DNA of 24,702 nucleotides from a plasmid: sequence record NZ_CP023150.1; one strand, 5' to 3'. Shown piece by piece: positions 20,215 to 24,702 of this stretch (position 1 is its first letter; each line of letters starts with the position of its first letter). The notes under the pieces were generated by a model. It saw only the letters and a program-made list of their open reading frames with translations, ran no database searches and was not told where the DNA came from. The position numbers and the translations under genes were made by a program.

Positions 20215-20451
20215 AGCCACCACCTGCCGCGCGGTTCCAGCCGTCCGGACCGGCGGCTGCTGCTGGCACACGGGAGTGTGCCAGCAGTCACCATCGCACA
20301 GCTTTGTGCAAATGTGCCGTAGCGACACGCGGGGCTGGGAAAATGGTTGCTGGGTGGGGCCAGCGGTAGGGGCCGAGGGGAAGCCCTGGTGTGCAGGGGA
20401 TTTGGCAAAAGGTGAGGCGGATAAACCTGCGGAAGGGTTGGCTGGACGGTT

Positions 20452-20727
20452 ATGGCGGTAGGTGATGGTGACGAGCTGGCTGGGCTGTGGCGCACCGTCG
20501 ACGAACTATCCGCCGACCTACCGGCGCCCGACCGGCGCGCCGTGCGCAACGCCATCGCCAACAGCGTCCTGGAAGGTCACCAGCCCACCGCCGACCAGAT
20601 CGGCCGCCTGGTGGCGTTCGCGGCAGGAAAGATCAGCATGGCCGACTACCTCACCTACGTCACGCAGACCGCCAAGACCGACACTGGCCAAGCGCCGCGA
20701 ACAAACCGATTTTCGGACGAAAGTTAG
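20452..20727 (+). CDS. VbhA-like antitoxin-family small protein (Fic-inhibitory S/TxxxE(G) motif), no cognate Fic seen
   Basis: The sequence [36 protein letters not shown] matches the VbhA pattern (...LEG...S.E...GEIS.DE.). There is no Fic-domain ORF in the window. Confidence 0.4.
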   Translation: MAVGDGDELAGLWRTVDELSADLPAPDRRAVRNAIANSVLEGHQPTADQIGRLVAFAAGKISMADYLTYVTQTAKTDTGQAPRTNRFSDES

Positions 20728-21071
20728 AACGGCTACCGAAGCCCTTCAGTAGCCGCGGCGGCCGCGCTGACTGGTGCGACCCACACGTCACCGCGACACC
20801 GGGTTGGGCACCCCGCGCGGGGTGATGATGGGAGCACCACGCCGCTCGCGGCGCTAAAAGCGAAGGAAACGCAAAACCAATTGAGTGTCGAGGCGAACTT
20901 GACCGAGTATTTGGTGCGCCGCGCACACCCGGGTGGTGAGGGTGTGCTCGACTGGCTGGTGTACGCAACACCGCTAGCACGGCTGCCGCGCCTCGACGTG
21001 GCGTGCTGCGATCAGCGCGCCTGGCCGGACATCGGCAACCGCTAGCGCAGCGGCCCGGGCCCGGCCCCGCG

Positions 21072-22376
21072 TCACTGCGTGCGGGCCGCGGCGACGGCGG
21101 CCGCCACGTGCGCGGCATCCTCGGCGACGGCGTGGGTGCGTTTGTGCGCGGCGCGTCGCGCTGCCTCGGCCGCGGCCGCGCGCGCCGCGGCATGTCCAAC
21201 GCTGTGCAGGGCGCGCCGGCCGGCTTCGCGGGCGCGTTGATGCTCAGCGTGTGCGGCGCGCTGCGCGGCTAGGTGCGCGTGATGTGCGGCGAGCTCGGCG
21301 GCCTCGCGTGCTTCGTCGAGGGCGGCCGGGCGCTCAGCCAAATTGTCGCGGCCATGCCAGGCCAGCATGGCGCCCAACAGCCCGATCGGCTTGTGCGGGT
21401 GATCGGGGATGCGCCGACCGGTCACCGCGGCCCAGTCGGTGATGAGCTGATTGAGATCCCGCGGGCTCCAGCCATACCCAGCGGGCCCGGCCAACAGCGC
21501 CGCCCAGGCGGTCGCGGTGTGTCGGCACGCCCACAGTGGGGCGTGTGGATCGGCGCGCCAGGCCCGCGCCAGGCCCGCCCCCCCGGCGTCTGGTGCCCGG
21601 CGGCGCGTAGCGCCGCGTTGCCGGCGGCCCGCGGGGCTGCCGGATCGGGTAGTAACCACTTCTGGACCGGAGGATTGTTCCCTAACGGGACCGCTACGCG
21701 GGTGGGGTGACAGCCGCTGCACAAGACGGGCGAGCTGCCGGTGGTCGTGCAGCGCCCACACCGACGCCCAGCCGCGGCCGCGATCCCCCACCCGCCACGA
21801 CGCCAGGCGCTCCACCCGGGTGCGCTGCCGCCCGCGCAGCACCTCAGTAGCCACCCCCAACAACCGCAGCACGGTGTCGGCGCGCTGGATGGTGCGCACC
21901 GAGTACCCGGTGTCGGCGGCCAGGCGCTCGTTGGTGGGCCGGCAGTTGCGCCCGGTGGCGTGATCGGCATAGCGGGCGCGCGCCTGCGCCACCGCCAACA
22001 GCGCTCGGCGGCTAATCGGGTTGCCCGGCATCAGCGGGCACACCTGGGTGGCGTAGCGGCAGTCATAGGCCACCGGAACCGTCCACGTAGCCCACCGCTC
22101 AAGCCGGCCACTCCAACACGGCACACCGGCATACGGGGCCTCACCGAGCTCGAGCACGATCGCCGCCACAGCAGCAGCCGCCGGCTCTTGCTGTCGGCGC
22201 CGCTCATGATCGGCGGCCGCCAACCGCGCCGCCCACGGCCGCGTACACACCACACCACGACGAGGCCGCAGCGAAGTACACCCGCGGTACGGCGGGCAAG
22301 CAATTTCGGAAAAGTCACGGCGCGCGCCGTCTAGAACCGCAGACGAGTATGCGCTACCGTGAGACGAGTCACGCAC
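21072..22376 (-). CDS. Putative plasmid replication initiator-like protein with an HTH and an Ala/His/Arg-rich low-complexity C-terminus (start uncertain)
   Basis: It has an HTH-like segment ADTGYSVRTIQRADTVLRLLGV. Its position downstream of an RHH (CopG-like) gene and next to the relaxase fits a replication initiator. GC3 is low in the first ~40 codons, so the true start may be an internal GTG (~22253) or ATG 22031. Confidence 0.35.
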   Translation of the reverse strand: MRDSSHGSAYSSAVLDGARRDFSEIACPPYRGCTSLRPRRGVVCTRPWAARLAAADHERRRQQEPAAAAVAAIVLELGEAPYAGVPCWSGRLERWATWTVPVAYDCRYATQVCPLMPGNPISRRALLAVAQARARYADHATGRNCRPTNERLAADTGYSVRTIQRADTVLRLLGVATEVLRGRQRTRVERLASWRVGDRGRGWASVWALHDHRQLARLVQRLSPHPRSGPVREQSSGPEVVTTRSGSPAGRRQRGATRRRAPDAGGAGLARAWRADPHAPLWACRHTATAWAALLAGPAGYGWSPRDLNQLITDWAAVTGRRIPDHPHKPIGLLGAMLAWHGRDNLAERPAALDEAREAAELAAHHAHLAAQRAAHAEHQRAREAGRRALHSVGHAAARAAAAEAARRAAHKRTHAVAEDAAHVAAAVAAARTQ

Positions 22377-22395
22377 GACACGTCCCTTCGGGGAA

Positions 22396-22437
22396 GCGGA
22401 AACCCTCGGTTGCAGCCGGGGGTTTCGCCGTTTATTG
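22396..22437. other. Stem-loop GCGGAAACCC-N12-GGGGTTTCGCC between the RHH gene and the rep-like gene (plus a CCC-ttcg-GGG mini-hairpin at 22386-22395)
   Basis: Read directly. Candidate attenuator, operator or origin-associated structure. Confidence 0.25.
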
Positions 22438-22507
22438 AGCTGTCACATCTGCCCGTGCGTCACGACCAACAAGACACAGCAACTTTTTTGACGCCGGGCG
22501 GCTCGTG

Positions 22508-22708
22508 TTACATCGCCAGCGGCAGCACCTCTCTGTCGTTTAGTTCGCGGACCAGATCAGGACGGCCCACGTGCTGTGCGAGCACGTCGGCCGCGTACTG
22601 CGACATGCTCATGCCCAGCGCGGCCGCGCGTCGTCGGACTTCGTCGTAGACAGGCAGGGTTGGGCGAACACCGATCAGGACCCGGTCGCCCTTGTGCGGT
22701 TGAGCCAT
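22508..22708 (-). CDS. Ribbon-helix-helix (CopG/Arc/MetJ family) DNA-binding protein
   Basis: The 66-aa protein has a beta-strand RVLIGVRPTLPVYDEV followed by the helix RRRAAALGMSMSQYAADVL, the classic RHH pattern. It is upstream of the rep-like ORF, as in copG-rep modules. Confidence 0.5.
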   Translation of the reverse strand: MAQPHKGDRVLIGVRPTLPVYDEVRRRAAALGMSMSQYAADVLAQHVGRPDLVRELNDREVLPLAM

Positions 22709-23117
22709 ACCAGGAGCCTGCCCCGCCGTAACTGTTATGCGCCGCAGACACGCCGTCGGCCCGTGATGTTTTCGTGATGAAGCTGAACGCGGAAGGGGTC
22801 TCAGACGTCGGTCGCAGCGCTGCCAAAAGCTCGGCTTGCGCTCAGTTTGTCGGCGATTCTGGTGGCTCGCCAGCGAGATAGTCGAGTACGTGCCGGCGTA
22901 GTTCGTCGCTGTTGGATTCGCTAAGGGCAGTCTCGGCCCGTCGCCTTTTGGCGGCGATGAGGCTAATGCCCCCTCCCCCGGCTAGAGGCCTCATTTTCAA
23001 GGGATAAGCCCGAAGGAGTCAAGGGGTTGGGATCGCCCGTAGGCGACGGCCGGAGGCCGCCCTTGACGCCATAGGGCGGTCCCGCACAATGGGGCCGCCG
23101 GGAGAGGGGCTGCCGAC

Positions 23118-23153
23118 GTTACTAGCTAGCGCGGCTAGCTGTGCTAGCTAAGC
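23118..23153. repeat. Four iterated CTAGC(T) motifs at about 8-10 bp spacing (parS/centromere-like)
   Basis: ttactagctagcgcggctagctgtgctagctaagctagtgg. It lies downstream of the par operon. Confidence 0.45.
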
Positions 23154-23165
23154 TAGTGGTGCGGT

Positions 23166-23351
23166 TTACGGAGTGCCGTCATCGTCGTCGCCGGCTGAGA
23201 ACATTTCGGTCAGACGGGCGAGGTTGGCTTTGAAGTCGCGGTAGGCGGCGCGGCGCTCTTCATCGCTTGTGTAGTCGTCGCCGTATCGGTCAAGCCATGC
23301 TTGCCAGTGTTCCGCGGCGGACATCGTCGAGGCCGGCTCGTGGTCATTCAT
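23166..23351 (-). CDS. Hypothetical small acidic protein (61 aa)
   Basis: Strong RBS GAAGGAAACG 6 nt upstream. It is the last gene of the parA operon direction. Confidence 0.35.
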   Translation of the reverse strand: MNDHEPASTMSAAEHWQAWLDRYGDDYTSDEERRAAYRDFKANLARLTEMFSAGDDDDGTP

Positions 23352-23390
23352 GGGTCGTTTCCTTCGGCATAGGTAGCACGCCTAGCTGCG

Positions 23391-23666
23391 CTAGCAGCCG
23401 CGTTGTCGCAGGTAGTCGTCAATGGCGTGGTCGGTGATGGAGGCGATGCTGATGGATCTGTCGCCGGTTTCGTAGCGCAGTTTGTCGACGGCTTTGCCCA
23501 GGCGGTCTTTGACGGAGGGGCGGATACGTACGTTGTGCTGTTCGGTGAGCCGTTCCGGGCCCGCGCCGCGGGCCGATGGTTTCGGCGGTTCGGTGTGCGG
23601 GCGGTCGGGGATGGTGTCGGCTGGGTGTCCGGTGGTGCGGGTGATGGCGGGTTTGCGGGTGGTCAT
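23391..23666 (-). CDS. Small partition/centromere-binding protein, ParG-like (RHH-like C-terminal half)
   Basis: Its start overlaps the parA stop (ATGA). The C-terminal segment NVRIRPSVKDRLGKAVDKL...ISIASITDHAIDDYL has an RHH-like pattern. The N-terminus is basic and Pro-rich. Confidence 0.45.
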   Translation of the reverse strand: MTTRKPAITRTTGHPADTIPDRPHTEPPKPSARGAGPERLTEQHNVRIRPSVKDRLGKAVDKLRYETGDRSISIASITDHAIDDYLRQRGC

Positions 23667-24445
23667 GCCGGTGCTCCGATGACGATGCCGAGTTCGTTGA
23701 GGAGGTCGTCGTAGGCGACTTGTAGGCTGAGCGATTTGCCGCCGCGGTATTTGTGGATCGGCACTTCGGCGCTGTGGGCGTCCTGGCGGGCGCCAAGGTC
23801 GGGGACGATGGTGTGGGCTACGAGGTCGCCGTAGGCAGCGCGGAGCTCGCGTTCGCGGTCGATGTGTTCGCCTTTGTTTTGGCGTCGGGAAATGATGATT
23901 TTGGCGAACTCAAGGCGGGGGTTGGGGCGGAGTTTGACCTTCTGGACGGTGGTTTCGAGCCTGGCGACGCCCTTGACGGAGTCTTTGGTGGGTTCGGTAA
24001 TGGCGTAGACGTCGTCGACGGCAAGCAGGACCGCGAACAGGAGCTTGCCGAGGCTGGGTGGGCAGTCGAAAAACACGGCGTCGTAGGGGGATAGGTCGAG
24101 GCCTTCGAAGGCGACGTCGAGGCGGAAAACGAGGTCGGAGGCTCCGCTGGATTCGGCGTTGGACAGGTCCAGATGTGCAGGGATGAGGTCGATGCCGTCC
24201 CAGTCTGTGGCGATCACGGCGTCGATGGCAGACCCGGGTTGGGTGCGGTCCATTAGATCGGCGGTGGTGAGCTGGTCCTCGGTGGTGTAGACGCCAAGTC
24301 CTTCGGTCGCATTGGCCTGCGGGTCCATATCGACGATGAGCGCTTTGCCGCCGCGGTGGCTGATGGCGCTGGCTAGGCCGAGGGTTGTGGCTGTTTTGCC
24401 GACGCCGCCTTTCTGGTTGGCGAGCGCATGCCGATTTGCCTGCAT
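23663..24445 (-). CDS. parA: ParA/Soj-family partition ATPase
   Basis: Deviant Walker A KGGVGKTATT. It is about 260 aa, typical of a type Ib ParA. Confidence 0.85.
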   Translation of the reverse strand: MQANRHALANQKGGVGKTATTLGLASAISHRGGKALIVDMDPQANATEGLGVYTTEDQLTTADLMDRTQPGSAIDAVIATDWDGIDLIPAHLDLSNAESSGASDLVFRLDVAFEGLDLSPYDAVFFDCPPSLGKLLFAVLLAVDDVYAITEPTKDSVKGVARLETTVQKVKLRPNPRLEFAKIIISRRQNKGEHIDRERELRAAYGDLVAHTIVPDLGARQDAHSAEVPIHKYRGGKSLSLQVAYDDLLNELGIVIGAPA

Positions 24446-24464
24446 AACGTTGACCTTCCCCTAA

Positions 24465-24530
24465 AGGATTAGTTAGAGTAGCTAGGCATGCTAGCTTTGC
24501 TCACCTAGCTAGGCTAGCATGGCTACCTTA
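24465..24530. repeat. Cluster of CTAGC/GCTAGC repeats upstream of parA (operator/centromere candidate)
   Basis: gtagctagg, tgctagctt, cctagctagg, gctagcatggctacc. A third cluster lies at 23370-23398. Confidence 0.5.
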
Positions 24531-24649
24531 GTTGTGCTGCACCACGCTGTGCAGGGTGTTTGGGCGTCGTGCGCGAGCTGCGTTGCGTGTGGGTGCGTTG
24601 AGCACTTACACTTGCTTTGTAGCCAGCCCATCGCGGTGGGTTTGGAAGT

Positions 24650-24701
24650 GAGCCACAGGATTACTCGCCGGACGACGAGGCCTGTGGCTCGCGGTTTTTT
24701 T
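24650..24701 (+). terminator. Rho-independent terminator on the plus strand: 10-bp stem GAGCCACAGG/CCTGTGGCTC followed by GCGG-TTTTTTT
   Basis: Read directly. There is a perfect 10-bp stem and a 7-U tract. No plus-strand CDS is evident upstream. Confidence 0.55.
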
Positions 24702-24702
24702 G

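Noticed and set aside
17551-20322. Several long plus-strand ORFs (17551-18603, 18002-18652, 18877-19650, 19506-20180, 19651-20322)
   Set aside because: All are antisense to or out of frame with the relaxase gene, whose motifs are unambiguous. They are Arg/Gly/Ala-rich, as expected of GC-rich noncoding frames.
20830-21071. Search for a Fic/Doc partner or any ORF downstream of the VbhA-like gene
   Set aside because: Only a 44-47 codon TTG-initiated frame exists and no Fic motif is present. Treated as non-coding.
21741-22334. 197-aa plus-strand ORF and other ORFs overlapping the rep-like gene (21273-21710, 21422-21970, 21451-21963)
   Set aside because: Antisense or alternative frames of the rep-like ORF. 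They are Pro/Arg/Ala-rich with no motifs.
22826-23002. 59-aa minus-strand ORF (MRPLAGGGGISLIAAKRRRAETALSE...)
   Set aside because: Below the size threshold, no RBS, mediocre codon bias. It lies in a structured intergenic region better explained as a cis element.
24519-24702. Open reading frame running from ATG 24519 off the window edge (MATLVVLHHAVQG..., Cys-rich)
   Set aside because: GC3 is only about 60% in a roughly 90% GC3 genome. It runs through a strong terminator hairpin and U-tract. More likely non-coding, possibly an sRNA.

Overview
This is a high-GC window of Mycobacterium type, judged by a PPE-SVP protein, an MmpS/MmpL pair and lpqS-cysK2-MFS gene order. The right third (about 17.4-24.7 kb) looks like a plasmid or ICE backbone. 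It carries a MOBF TrwC/TraA-type relaxase, a VbhA-like small protein and an RHH (CopG-like) gene next to a large HTH replication-initiator-like ORF. It also has a ParA/RHH-ParG-like partition pair flanked by iterated CTAGC repeats, and a plus-strand intrinsic terminator at the window edge. The left two thirds look like cargo organised around metal and reactive-sulfur stress. The first cluster is a DUF326 Cys-rich four-helix-bundle protein, a Zn-ribbon protein with a His/Gly-rich tail, and a DUF1275 membrane protein. The second is an lpqS-like/cysK2/MFS operon preceded by a CsoR/RicR-type operator. The third is a two-cysteine CsoR-family repressor (canonical His apparently absent, CstR-like) with its own CsoR-type palindromic operator, followed on the same strand by SQR-like flavoprotein / DUF2892 / SQR-like flavoprotein, and divergent from mmpS-mmpL. 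A serine recombinase sits between these blocks, flanked by two GTCTCA-N22/23-GAGACA sites. A conserved ~55-nt motif occurs twice, upstream of the Cys-rich gene and at the PPE 3' end. All functional calls are by eye (motifs and family recognition); no database search was possible.
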